From IMG/VR virus record IMGVR_UViG_3300008997_000008: a stretch of DNA of 64,000 nucleotides; one strand, 5' to 3'. The notes beneath the pieces were generated by a model. The model worked only from the letters and a program-made list of their open reading frames with translations, was not told the DNA's origin and ran no database searches. Source of the stretch: a virus. The position numbers and the translations under genes were made by a program. Shown piece after piece: positions 51,576 through 60,310 of this stretch (positions are counted from its first letter, which is position 1; every line of letters starts with the position of its first letter).

Positions 51576-54500
51576 TCATACGATGCCCACCCGGATGAGC
51601 GTCAACGCGCGTCCCCGGAAATCTACGTCATGGGCAGACACAGACGCCTGCAGGGACACAACTTCAGAGCCTGTCGTCGTTACAAGGGCGCGTGCCATGA
51701 TGGAGTCGAAATCGTTGGTGGTGATGGAGATTCTGCGAGGATAGCCCTGGGCTGCAGCATCCATGTAGATCTGCACTGTTGTCACAGCGTTGCCGTGGCC
51801 CTCGATCTCCGCATCAAACACCACCAGCCAAGTTCCCGCAGGAGGTGTCCAGGACATCCCAGTCACGATGGACGGGGTTGGAGAGCTGATGTTGCTCAAC
51901 GTATCCGTCTCTATGATGTGGATATCCGCTCTTCGGGGCGCGCTCGCCAGAGTTGCAGGAGTCACAGCCCGAGTGGTGTCAGTTCCTGAGTCCACCTCAG
52001 ATTGCGTCGCGAGCTCTACCTTGCCGGCGACGGTGGTGGACGCCTGCACCACTGTAGGGTTCGGATAGCTGCCTTGCAGATCACCACCGGCCGCCTGTCC
52101 CGACTGGATCACCGTAGCTGCAGCAGCCAGTTTTGCGGGAGTCACGAATCGAGCGTCATCCGTCCCTGTGTCGACCTCCGCCTGGGTAGCGACCTCCGCC
52201 GCGCCTCTGAGAGTCTCCGTCGCCTGTACGACCAGGCCCCCATTGGTTGCGTTCGAATGGTCATGCGTCGCGTTGCTGTGGTCGGTGATCGTCGGATTGA
52301 CAATCGTCTTGTTGGAAAGGGTCTGGGTGGAGTTCGTGTCCACCAAGGTCTTCCGAGAGGACCCATCACCCACCGTGAGGACGTCATCGTCCGAATCCCA
52401 AACTACAGAGCCCTCGGTCGTCTGGACCGGACTCGTGGAAGTCGGAACAACGATCGTGCCTCCGGAAGCATCCAGCGCACCCGTGAGGGCGTTCCGCGCG
52501 GCATTGCCCGCCAGCAACATGTACTGGTTGTGGTCGTCGAGATGCAGGTTTGCCAGCGCCGAATGTTCGGCAGGAGCCGCTGTTGATCCAGGACCTTCCG
52601 CCACAATAGAGGGTCGGATGTCGAGGATGGAAACGATATCCGTCGTTCCCTGCTGGTAGACGAAAGCTGCCAGAGGAAGAGCGTTGGCGTTGAAGATCTC
52701 CGGAGGGACCGCCAGAGAAGCCCCTTCAGCCGCCACTTGAGAGGCGTACTCCGCCTGCGCGTACACGACATGCCAATAGGTCGTGCCTTCGTTGATATTG
52801 ACGTAGACCGCGCACTTGACCCACTGACCTGCAGTGATCGGAGAGAGCCCGGACCCGGCGGGATCGTAGTTGGTAGCGTCCAGAGCAGTGGCGGCGACCG
52901 TGACATCCCAAGTCGCCCCGTCCCGATACCAGTAGTTGAACACGCAGGGAGTGGCGGAAGCAGAAGCTGTGTACTCGACATCCCCTTGGTAGAACCTGCC
53001 CGCCCCTACCTGGAACTGCAGACTGGGTCCTGAGTACTCTGTGACGGCCAGCCCGGTGATCCAAACAGACCCCACAGCTGTCGCCACCCACTCATGACGC
53101 CGCAAACGGAGGAACTGAGAGGGGACGATGTTACGCGACAGGAAGGCAACGACAGAGTCATCGGTACGCCCTGCCGCGAGAAGGACGTTGGTCTCGAGGT
53201 CCGGGGTGGTACCAGCCAGGGAAGCAGTCCCCGCTGAATCCACATAGACGTAGAAGTCGCTATCCGCCGAAGCGATGACCTGCTGCCCGCTCCATACTAC
53301 GTAGACAACTCCAGTCCCCGTGTTGACGAACCCTTTCCCCGCCGCCACGTCCAGGGTGAATCCAGAGTTGATGGTAACCAACCCGCCCTCGACCCAAGCA
53401 GTCGCCGCAGTCTCGCGGGTGTAGGTGGCGAGAGGGACGCGCTCGATGGTCGTGGCGCCGGCCCAGAGCTCCTCGATAGCGTTGAAGCCAGGGAATACGG
53501 ACCCCGTGTCCGTGAAGCTCCCTGCGAAGGTAGCGGCAGCCCCGAGACTAAAAGTGGAGCTGTCCAGCGACACGCCCCGAACAGTCAGGGAAGCCAGCGC
53601 CGTATCGGCCAGTACGATGCTGCTCCCGGTTGTGATGAAGGTGCAGCCCGAAGACTCCAGGGTCCCCCCCGTTGCGGTGATCTCAACACCCGTTGCCACA
53701 CCATTGTGGTAGTTCGCGAAGAGCTGCATTTCGCCGGTGTTCTCGACGTAGCAGGCGTGGGTCGTCAGGTCCCCATTGGTTCGACAGCCCGAAGCTCGGA
53801 GGGTAGAGTTCGCCCCATCGCTGTGGAACACCTTGCCTACAGTGGCGGCAGCCAGAACCAGAGCCCCCTCCACGTTCATCAAGCCGCCTGCAGAGCACTT
53901 GAAGGCGCTGGAAGTCGTCCCTGCAGTGATAAACGGGGTCCTGACGCTGATGCCCGGACTGTTCGCGGAAGCCTCGCTCAGCCAACCGATGTCGCAGTCC
54001 TGAATCCTGCAGTCCTGGAGCTCGATATCCGCCGCTGCGGCGGGAAAGTGGAATCCCGCTGCACCCGATCCGGAAGCCCCCTGGATCTGAACACCAACGA
54101 CATCGGTGTCGTTGGTCAGGACCAAGCCGTGCTGCCCCGCTCCCGAGTTCTGGCAAATGAGCCGAGTGACCGCGTGTCGGCCCGGACAGTTGACACTGAC
54201 GTAGGCGGGGATCGTGAGCGGGTTGTTCTCTGAGTAGTCGCCAGGGTAGATCTCGACCAGGATACGATTGCTGGGGGACGCCACTCCCGCAGCTTCGGCC
54301 AGCGCCGCTTCGATGGTGGTGTGGTCTGCACCTGCAGTTGCTACGGTGATCAGACCCGCCGGGTCATCGATGGCGACATCGATGTCCTCGATCGCTTTCT
54401 GAACATCGTCTGCGGAGATGTGCTGGAGACCTGAGTCGTCGAAGCCAACCCGTTCGGCCTCGTCCATGAAGGTGTCGCCCGCGTCGGTTCCGGAGAAAGC

Positions 54501-55559
54501 CGACAAGGTGGCGACACTGGATGACGCGTCCAGTGTCTTAGACAGAGACGTCCCCGCCGCCCCGGAGATCGCGTCAGTCTGGATGAGGCTTCGGACCTGA
54601 AGATTGAATCCCAGGCTCACCGTACCTTGTAGGTCGATGACCTCCTGACTACTCCCGCCCAGAACCGTCTGGGTGAGATCCATCAGGTGCGCTCCGGCAC
54701 CCGAGAACACGAACAGCGGGTTGGCGCCAGCCTCCGACAGGAGCTTGCTCAGCCGGATCTGCAGGATGTGTACCACCCCCGAGAAGGTGATTGGAGTAGA
54801 CACTCCCGCAGTCATCGCAATCAGAAGGTGCTGGATCCGAGTCAGGTTCGTGATCGCCACCCCGTTGGCGAACTCGACGCGCGGCTGGGCCTCAAAAGCC
54901 GGAAGGAGGACGCCGAAGCCCACGCCCACCCAGGTCGTATCCGCGAAATCGTAGGCCCCCGCAGGGATCGTGCAAGGCGAGGAGATGGAGTTGTCGAAGA
55001 CGAGACGCTTCTTCCCCTCCGCTGCGGTCAGCGCAGCGTACAGGTCAGCGAAGTCCGTGAAGATGTTCCCTGTCTGGGTGCCTCCGGGACGGAACACGAA
55101 CTCAGGGACTCCAGGGCTCGAGGCGAGGGTGACCGCAGTCTCAAGAGCCTTCAGATTGGCGTTCTGCTCGTTCGCCCAACCCTCAGGATCCACATCTACC
55201 GGGATGGTGCCGGTGCCGTCACGACGCTCGCCAGCTGCGACCAGTGTGAGGCCCAACTCTTCGGTGAGTGCTCGGAGCCGGACGTACTGTGTGTCCTCAG
55301 TTGGGAGTCCCGAATCTACGACAAGTCGCACGAGGTACGGGCCGGGGATGTCAACCGTGAACGAGCCGGGACTTACCGCAGTGGTGGTTCCCGAGAACGT
55401 TGCGGCAGAGCCCTCTGGAACGAACACGAGAGTCCAGTTGTAGGTCGTGGCTGAGTCCAGAGAGGACACAACTACAACGTCCGTAGCGACCAAGTCATCC
55501 CGACTGGCTTCATCTACGGCACTTCCACCATTCCGGAGACTTTGGATTCTCGCAGCCAC
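51576..55559 (-). CDS. Long tail fibre: shared N-terminal anchor, beta-helix regions, AT...G..ELAT..E...GT repeats and a C-terminal beta-sandwich
   Basis: DHTTIEAAL...IYPGDYSE; QATETLRGAAEVATQAEVDTGTD and QASTTVAGKVELATQSEVDSGTD. Start moved to GTG 55559, downstream of the promoter motif. Confidence 0.8.
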   Translation of the reverse strand: MAARIQSLRNGGSAVDEASRDDLVATDVVVVSSLDSATTYNWTLVFVPEGSAATFSGTTTAVSPGSFTVDIPGPYLVRLVVDSGLPTEDTQYVRLRALTEELGLTLVAAGERRDGTGTIPVDVDPEGWANEQNANLKALETAVTLASSPGVPEFVFRPGGTQTGNIFTDFADLYAALTAAEGKKRLVFDNSISSPCTIPAGAYDFADTTWVGVGFGVLLPAFEAQPRVEFANGVAITNLTRIQHLLIAMTAGVSTPITFSGVVHILQIRLSKLLSEAGANPLFVFSGAGAHLMDLTQTVLGGSSQEVIDLQGTVSLGFNLQVRSLIQTDAISGAAGTSLSKTLDASSSVATLSAFSGTDAGDTFMDEAERVGFDDSGLQHISADDVQKAIEDIDVAIDDPAGLITVATAGADHTTIEAALAEAAGVASPSNRILVEIYPGDYSENNPLTIPAYVSVNCPGRHAVTRLICQNSGAGQHGLVLTNDTDVVGVQIQGASGSGAAGFHFPAAAADIELQDCRIQDCDIGWLSEASANSPGISVRTPFITAGTTSSAFKCSAGGLMNVEGALVLAAATVGKVFHSDGANSTLRASGCRTNGDLTTHACYVENTGEMQLFANYHNGVATGVEITATGGTLESSGCTFITTGSSIVLADTALASLTVRGVSLDSSTFSLGAAATFAGSFTDTGSVFPGFNAIEELWAGATTIERVPLATYTRETAATAWVEGGLVTINSGFTLDVAAGKGFVNTGTGVVYVVWSGQQVIASADSDFYVYVDSAGTASLAGTTPDLETNVLLAAGRTDDSVVAFLSRNIVPSQFLRLRRHEWVATAVGSVWITGLAVTEYSGPSLQFQVGAGRFYQGDVEYTASASATPCVFNYWYRDGATWDVTVAATALDATNYDPAGSGLSPITAGQWVKCAVYVNINEGTTYWHVVYAQAEYASQVAAEGASLAVPPEIFNANALPLAAFVYQQGTTDIVSILDIRPSIVAEGPGSTAAPAEHSALANLHLDDHNQYMLLAGNAARNALTGALDASGGTIVVPTSTSPVQTTEGSVVWDSDDDVLTVGDGSSRKTLVDTNSTQTLSNKTIVNPTITDHSNATHDHSNATNGGLVVQATETLRGAAEVATQAEVDTGTDDARFVTPAKLAAAATVIQSGQAAGGDLQGSYPNPTVVQASTTVAGKVELATQSEVDSGTDTTRAVTPATLASAPRRADIHIIETDTLSNISSPTPSIVTGMSWTPPAGTWLVVFDAEIEGHGNAVTTVQIYMDAAAQGYPRRISITTNDFDSIMARALVTTTGSEVVSLQASVSAHDVDFRGRALTLIRVGIV

Positions 55560-55586
55560 GATGACCCCTTCTGGGAGGGCTCCTGA

Positions 55587-55601
55587 ATAGGCCAGCAACC
55601 G
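55587..55601 (-). promoter_or_regulatory. Class B motif CGGT-N7-CTAT
   Basis: Exact match, 28 nt before GTG 55559. Confidence 0.6.
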
Positions 55602-55625
55602 CTTCCCTTCTCGGTAGAGTACTAC

Positions 55626-56015
55626 ATGTCACAGAGATACCAAATGATGGCAGCCCTGTTGGACGACCCCACAAACAGGGCAATCATGGAGAGGGAGAGC
55701 CTCCGCCGGGACAGGGGGAAGGTCTTCAAGCCCCTACTCCCTCCGGTCAAGGTAGACAACGGATGGAAGTTCTACGCCTTCCGAGAGTCCGTGTCAAGCT
55801 TGGCCCCCGCCAACCCCAATGCCTTGAGCGAGTTCGAGGTGTTCTCCGACGGGGATAAGTGGTTCATCCAAGACCCCGCCGAGACAGAGATCGGTCCCTT
55901 CGATACCAGCAGGGAGGCTCTCAACGAGGCCCGTGCTATGGCAGAAGCGCACGGGTTCACTCTCTTGAAGAGGCTGCCCTGGGATCAGGAAGACTTGAAC
56001 GGACACCCTATGTAG
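55626..56015 (+). CDS. Hypothetical protein
   Basis: ORF track; divergent from the tail-fibre operon. Confidence 0.6.
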   Translation: MSQRYQMMAALLDDPTNRAIMERESLRRDRGKVFKPLLPPVKVDNGWKFYAFRESVSSLAPANPNALSEFEVFSDGDKWFIQDPAETEIGPFDTSREALNEARAMAEAHGFTLLKRLPWDQEDLNGHPM

Positions 56016-56478
56016 GTTCGGAGTCCGCCAGGCTCTCGAAGAACCGCTCGTGATGCATCCAGCCCTGGCGGGTTAGGAACCCCCACTCCCGAACTGCTCG
56101 GCCGGTGAGGACCAGAGTCCAGACCGGAGTATGCCCGAGAGTGAGCCGGTGAGGACGAGCCGCCGGAATCACGTTGATCGCAGGAGCCTTGAAGAAAGAG
56201 TCCCCTTCGGGAGTCTCCTCCCTGTAGGATCCCTTGAGGATGAGGGATACCATCCCCACCGCATGATCGTGTAGGGGGCGCTTGGGGTCGTCTGAGGCCA
56301 GGATCTTGTGGAGCCGTATCTGGAACAGGAAGGTGCGGAAGTACCACCGCTCCATGTACTCCTGTTCTTCTATGATCAGCTTGTCGTGACAGACCTCGAG
56401 AATCCCACGCCAGCCCAGACGGAGGTACGTGATCCGGCCGAACCCGTGAGAAGGCTTGGTCAACCAGAGCATGGCCAT
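56008..56478 (-). CDS. Cupin-fold protein
   Basis: IRLH...D..R.LHDH...SLIL.G.Y.E...HRL...WTL..TG...EWGF. Confidence 0.8.
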   Translation of the reverse strand: MAMLWLTKPSHGFGRITYLRLGWRGILEVCHDKLIIEEQEYMERWYFRTFLFQIRLHKILASDDPKRPLHDHAVGMVSLILKGSYREETPEGDSFFKAPAINVIPAARPHRLTLGHTPVWTLVLTGRAVREWGFLTRQGWMHHERFFESLADSEPT

Positions 56479-57276
56479 CTACTGGACCTCCATCTCGGGA
56501 GGGAGTTCGATGAGCTGGATCTCCATCACGGTTTCGAGGTCCTCCGCTTTGTAGGAGAGTCGGACTACCTCGATGTCGATCACCAAAGAGAGGATCCGAG
56601 GGAATCCCCCTACCACCACAGATAGGTAGATCTCGTCTGCGTCAGTGGAGCCATCGACGATCTGGCCTCTCACAGTCTTGGCCTCGGTCTTGACATTGAC
56701 GATAGCGCCGATAGGGAGGACCCGAACCCGGACCGCCAACGGGAGTTCTTCAGAGGATCTCTCGGGGATCGCCCGTGTGTCGGAGACCTTCTGTAGGAGG
56801 ATGGGAGGGGCCCCTCCCAGAGAGATCCCGTAGTACTCAGGCTTCCCGCCGGAGAAGGCGATCTGGTCGATAGGTGTCCAATCTCCCACCAGGGTTCGTC
56901 GAAGGGAGATGATGCGGAACTCCCGACCGGATTCCCCCTCCCGCTCCTCGATTGTGACGGGGTACTGGCTGATGGCGTGGCGTCCGTCGACCCACATCTC
57001 TGCGATCTCTCTACGCTGGGGGACTCTGGATTCCTTCCCAGCGTAGACGGTGAGGTAGAACTCCCTCCGATCAAGAGGGATCACCAGATCTCCCGTCTCC
57101 CAGGAGGACCCCCCATAGTCGAACGTCTTCGGGTGTAGAGAGTGGGTAGTCGCGAAGCCAGGGATCCCAGACTTCCTCCCCGTGGTCTGCGTATGGATCT
57201 CCGTCCCGTCCGTGAAGACGATGAAGAGATCCAACCCCGCAGGGAACTCAGGAGGGAGGCAATGGGTAGTGGGCAT
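56479..57276 (-). CDS. Hypothetical protein
   Basis: GGAG RBS before ATG 57276. Confidence 0.6.
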   Translation of the reverse strand: MPTTHCLPPEFPAGLDLFIVFTDGTEIHTQTTGRKSGIPGFATTHSLHPKTFDYGGSSWETGDLVIPLDRREFYLTVYAGKESRVPQRREIAEMWVDGRHAISQYPVTIEEREGESGREFRIISLRRTLVGDWTPIDQIAFSGGKPEYYGISLGGAPPILLQKVSDTRAIPERSSEELPLAVRVRVLPIGAIVNVKTEAKTVRGQIVDGSTDADEIYLSVVVGGFPRILSLVIDIEVVRLSYKAEDLETVMEIQLIELPPEMEVQ

Positions 57277-57328
57277 GGTAGCTCCAGGGTTGGAGTTACC
57301 GCTTGATCCCACAATGCCCAACACAGCT

Positions 57329-57356
57329 ATGGCCGCCCCGGAGAGGGGGCGGCCAT
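57329..57356 (-). terminator. Hairpin downstream of the capsid gene
   Basis: Perfect 11-bp stem ATGGCCGCCCC/GGGGCGGCCAT with a 6-nt loop; weak U tract. Confidence 0.7.
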
Positions 57357-57380
57357 GACGGCGGCCAGGCAGAGCCTGGA

Positions 57381-58253
57381 CTACCGTGCGATCGTCAGGC
57401 GGCAGAGGCCCTTGGGGTTGAAGGCCCCGATGCCCAAGTTTTCGAAAACGCTGAAGCCAATGGTGCGGGCGCGCGGGTCGTCGGCGCTGAGGACCGTGAG
57501 CTCGGTACGGACCGGAATCCGACCGAAGTTCTCGGGCTCGCAGCAGATGTAGACGAATCCGGCCGGCACGAGGCGGCTGACGATGACGCTGGCACCCCAG
57601 AGGCGACCCATGAGGCCGGTCTGGATGAGGTCGCGCTGGGTCTCGACGTCGAGGATGTCCCGGCCGAACTTGCGGATGTCCGCGTAGTCGACGGCGTTCA
57701 TGAACACCCGGGCCACCCGGAGGTCGTGCTGCTCGACCGCGGCGAAGGCGTCCGCGAGGACAGCGCCGGAGATCGGGGCGACGACGGGGATGTCGGGGTT
57801 CTCACCACCGGCGATGGAGTCGAAGCCGTTGGTGGCGATCGAGTCCATGATCGCGAAGACGCGCTCGTCCTCGGCGGCCTGGATCTGGGCACGGGCCAGG
57901 TCCTGGGCGCGCTCGATGAGGTCGAAGCGGCGCTCCTTGATCTGCGTCAGCGGGATCTCCGGGTTCGAGGCGATCTCGAACAGCGGGAAGGACACGCGCC
58001 GGGGCTTGGTGACGGCGACGATGTTCTCGCCTTCCTCACCGACCAGGTACGCGGTGACGTCCGGATCCTTGTCGTAGATGGGCAGCGCGCCATCCGGGAG
58101 CTCTTCCACGAGGAAGGTCTTCCGGCCGACGGCCATGTAGTCCCGGCGGAGCCGGAGGGGCTGGGTCATCGACGCGGCGAGCTTGTGACGGCCAGCCTGG
58201 GTGCCGATGAACTCGCTGATGAGGCGAGCCTTGACTGCGTTGGTTGCGGGCAT
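57381..58253 (-). CDS. Major capsid protein, HK97 fold (compact, encapsulin/linocin-like size)
   Basis: Order protease-scaffold-decoration-MCP, strongest codon bias in the window, and an HK97-like pattern (FPLFEIASNPEI...AEDERVF...LWGASVIVS). Confidence 0.85.
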   Translation of the reverse strand: MPATNAVKARLISEFIGTQAGRHKLAASMTQPLRLRRDYMAVGRKTFLVEELPDGALPIYDKDPDVTAYLVGEEGENIVAVTKPRRVSFPLFEIASNPEIPLTQIKERRFDLIERAQDLARAQIQAAEDERVFAIMDSIATNGFDSIAGGENPDIPVVAPISGAVLADAFAAVEQHDLRVARVFMNAVDYADIRKFGRDILDVETQRDLIQTGLMGRLWGASVIVSRLVPAGFVYICCEPENFGRIPVRTELTVLSADDPRARTIGFSVFENLGIGAFNPKGLCRLTIAR

Positions 58254-58265
58254 TGTAGTCCCTCC

Positions 58266-58922
58266 TCAGACGCGCTGGTCGAAGACGATCTCGGCCTGCG
58301 TAGAGTCCGAGGGCATCTTGAGGACAGCGAGGGTGGTGGCGGTGGTGCGACCGTTGGTGACCTCGGAAGACCAGGCGGCGGTGGCGTTGAGAGCAGCCAC
58401 GGCGGAGTCGTGCGTCGGCACGAGGTAGCCGTTGCGGCTGGCCATCAGGCCCATGCCGGCGGTGTAGGTCAGGTCGTCACCGATGGTGTAGGCACCGGTG
58501 GAAGCGGCAGCCTGCGTCTCGAACAGCTGGGACGCGTGGGTTCCCTGCGCCGAGGTGTAGGGGCCCTTGTTGGAGGCCACACCCGGCTGGTTCTCGAAGC
58601 TGTTGCCGACGGCGGTGTTGATGAACAGGCCCAGCGGCGACGTGTTGAACGCGTCGTGCGCGGAGCCGGCCTCGGACGGGCCGCCGATGTAGTTGTCGCC
58701 CTCGTCGGGGCGGGTGAACGCCACGGATCCGGAGAGGACGCCCAGCACGGCGGTGTCAACGTTGGTCGACACGGTGCTGGAGGTGGTCAGGTTGGGAGGG
58801 TTGGTCTGGGTGAAGGCATCGGCCGCCAGCTGACCCACCGTGTTCCGCACGCCGACGTGCAGAATCCGAAGGGCAGAGGAAGACTCGGTCCATCCACCGC
58901 TCGCCTGTCCAAGCAGAGGCAT
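58266..58922 (-). CDS. Capsid decoration/cement protein
   Basis: Directly upstream of the MCP; PLGLF...G...T pattern; high codon bias. Confidence 0.65.
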   Translation of the reverse strand: MPLLGQASGGWTESSSALRILHVGVRNTVGQLAADAFTQTNPPNLTTSSTVSTNVDTAVLGVLSGSVAFTRPDEGDNYIGGPSEAGSAHDAFNTSPLGLFINTAVGNSFENQPGVASNKGPYTSAQGTHASQLFETQAAASTGAYTIGDDLTYTAGMGLMASRNGYLVPTHDSAVAALNATAAWSSEVTNGRTTATTLAVLKMPSDSTQAEIVFDQRV

Positions 58923-59068
58923 TTGTTCTCCTGCTCATTGTTCACAGAGAGTGGTTGAGGAGGCTTGGGGGGAGGACCCACCCTTCGCCAGAGCCAGTAG
59001 CTCCACCTTCAGGGACGGATATAAATCCGGTATTGGGAGTCTGAAGGAAAAAGAAGTCCTCCAGCATC

Positions 59069-59111
59069 TAAAAAACAGAACTGGCCCGTGGATTGGACTT
59101 CCACGGGCCAG
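59069..59111 (-). terminator. Rho-independent terminator after the scaffold gene
   Basis: Perfect 12-bp stem CTGGCCCGTGGA/TCCACGGGCCAG followed by TTCTGTTTTTT on the minus strand. Confidence 0.85.
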
Positions 59112-59137
59112 CTATCAGGCTCTGTGGCCTGATCCGA

Positions 59138-60310
59138 TCAGATGAGCGCGGAGACGTCGGGAGCCGACTTCCACAGGTTCTCGAGCTGAGCCACGTCGGA
59201 GTCGTTGGACGCCGTCCGGACGTTGCCGAGGCTGGAGGCACCGGTGCTCGCCTTCTTGGGCTGCGGCCGGCGCTCGGGCTCGGTGGCGGCCTCGCGGTTC
59301 GCGCCGGGGGTCTCGCTGTACAGGGAGGCGAGCACGGTGGCGGCCTCCTCGTCCAGGTCGTCGTCGGCGAGGATGGTCATGGGATCCTCCTCAGCGAGAT
59401 CGATCTCGAGCTCGGTGTCGCCGGAGGGCTCGTCCATGGAGGGCTCACCCATGCCGCAGGGCTCGTCCAGCATCCCCTCTTCGCGGAGCATCTCCTCGAG
59501 GAGCAGGTCGTCGGCCTTCTTGTCCAGCATCCCCTCTTCGCGGAGCATCTCCTCGAGGAGCAGGTCGTCGGCCTTCTTGTCCGTGGCGGCAGCCTTCGGG
59601 GCGGGGTCCTCTTCCTCCTCCTCCTCGGCGAGGCGGATCAGAACGCGCTCGAGCCGGGCGATCCGGTCGCCGTCGTCATCCTCGTCTTCCTCAGCCAGCT
59701 TGACGAGGATGCGCTCGAGCCGCGCCACGCGGGTCTCCAGCTCAGCCGAAGCCTTCTTGGTGGCGGCCTCCTCGTCCAGGTCGTCGTCGGCGAGGCGGAT
59801 CAGAACGCGCTCGAGCCGGGCGATCCGGTCGGTGTTCTTGGAGATCTTGGAAGAGGCTTCCTTGTCGGTGTCGTCCTCACCGTCGCCGTCCAGACCGAGC
59901 CGCTTGAGGCTGGCGGTGATGGAAGCGTCGGGGAGGTGCATCAGCTCGATGGCCTGCGCCTCGATGGCGGCGACCTTGGCGGGGCTGTCGGGCTCGCCGA
60001 GCATGGCGGTCGCGATGCGGACGCACTGGGAGGCGCGACGGTTCGTCTCGGGAGAGATCTCGTCGGAGGCGGACTTGCCGGCCGGGTGGTCCGAGCCCTC
60101 GTCGGGCGTGGCGGGGTGGGCGCTGTCCGGGTAGGGGCCGGGGTGCGGGTGCGGGTCAGAGGCCCACGAGGAGGTGTCGCCGTTCTCGTAGGCGTCGGCG
60201 GTGGGGTCCTCACCGTTGCCTGCGGGAGAGGCCGGACCCTCGTCGGGGGTTGCGGGGTGGGCGGAAGCTCGACGAGCTTCCTCGATCCATGAGAGGCGCT
60301 GACGTGCCAT
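59138..60310 (-). CDS. Prohead scaffolding protein (acidic, repetitive, coiled-coil)
   Basis: Lies between the protease and the capsid genes; repeats RIARLERVLIRLA and DKKADDLLLEEMLREEGML; TAATG coupling to the protease. Confidence 0.75.
   Translation of the reverse strand: MARQRLSWIEEARRASAHPATPDEGPASPAGNGEDPTADAYENGDTSSWASDPHPHPGPYPDSAHPATPDEGSDHPAGKSASDEISPETNRRASQCVRIATAMLGEPDSPAKVAAIEAQAIELMHLPDASITASLKRLGLDGDGEDDTDKEASSKISKNTDRIARLERVLIRLADDDLDEEAATKKASAELETRVARLERILVKLAEEDEDDDGDRIARLERVLIRLAEEEEEEDPAPKAAATDKKADDLLLEEMLREEGMLDKKADDLLLEEMLREEGMLDEPCGMGEPSMDEPSGDTELEIDLAEEDPMTILADDDLDEEAATVLASLYSETPGANREAATEPERRPQPKKASTGASSLGNVRTASNDSDVAQLENLWKSAPDVSALI
59465..59582. repeat. Perfect 57-bp tandem duplication inside the scaffold gene
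   Basis: Units start at 59465 and 59522; encodes a 19-aa repeat. Confidence 0.95.

Noticed and set aside
59465-59582. Tandem repeat as a possible CRISPR array or origin
   Set aside because: It has no spacers, its period is a multiple of 3 and it lies inside the scaffold ORF. No CRISPR array was seen anywhere in the window.
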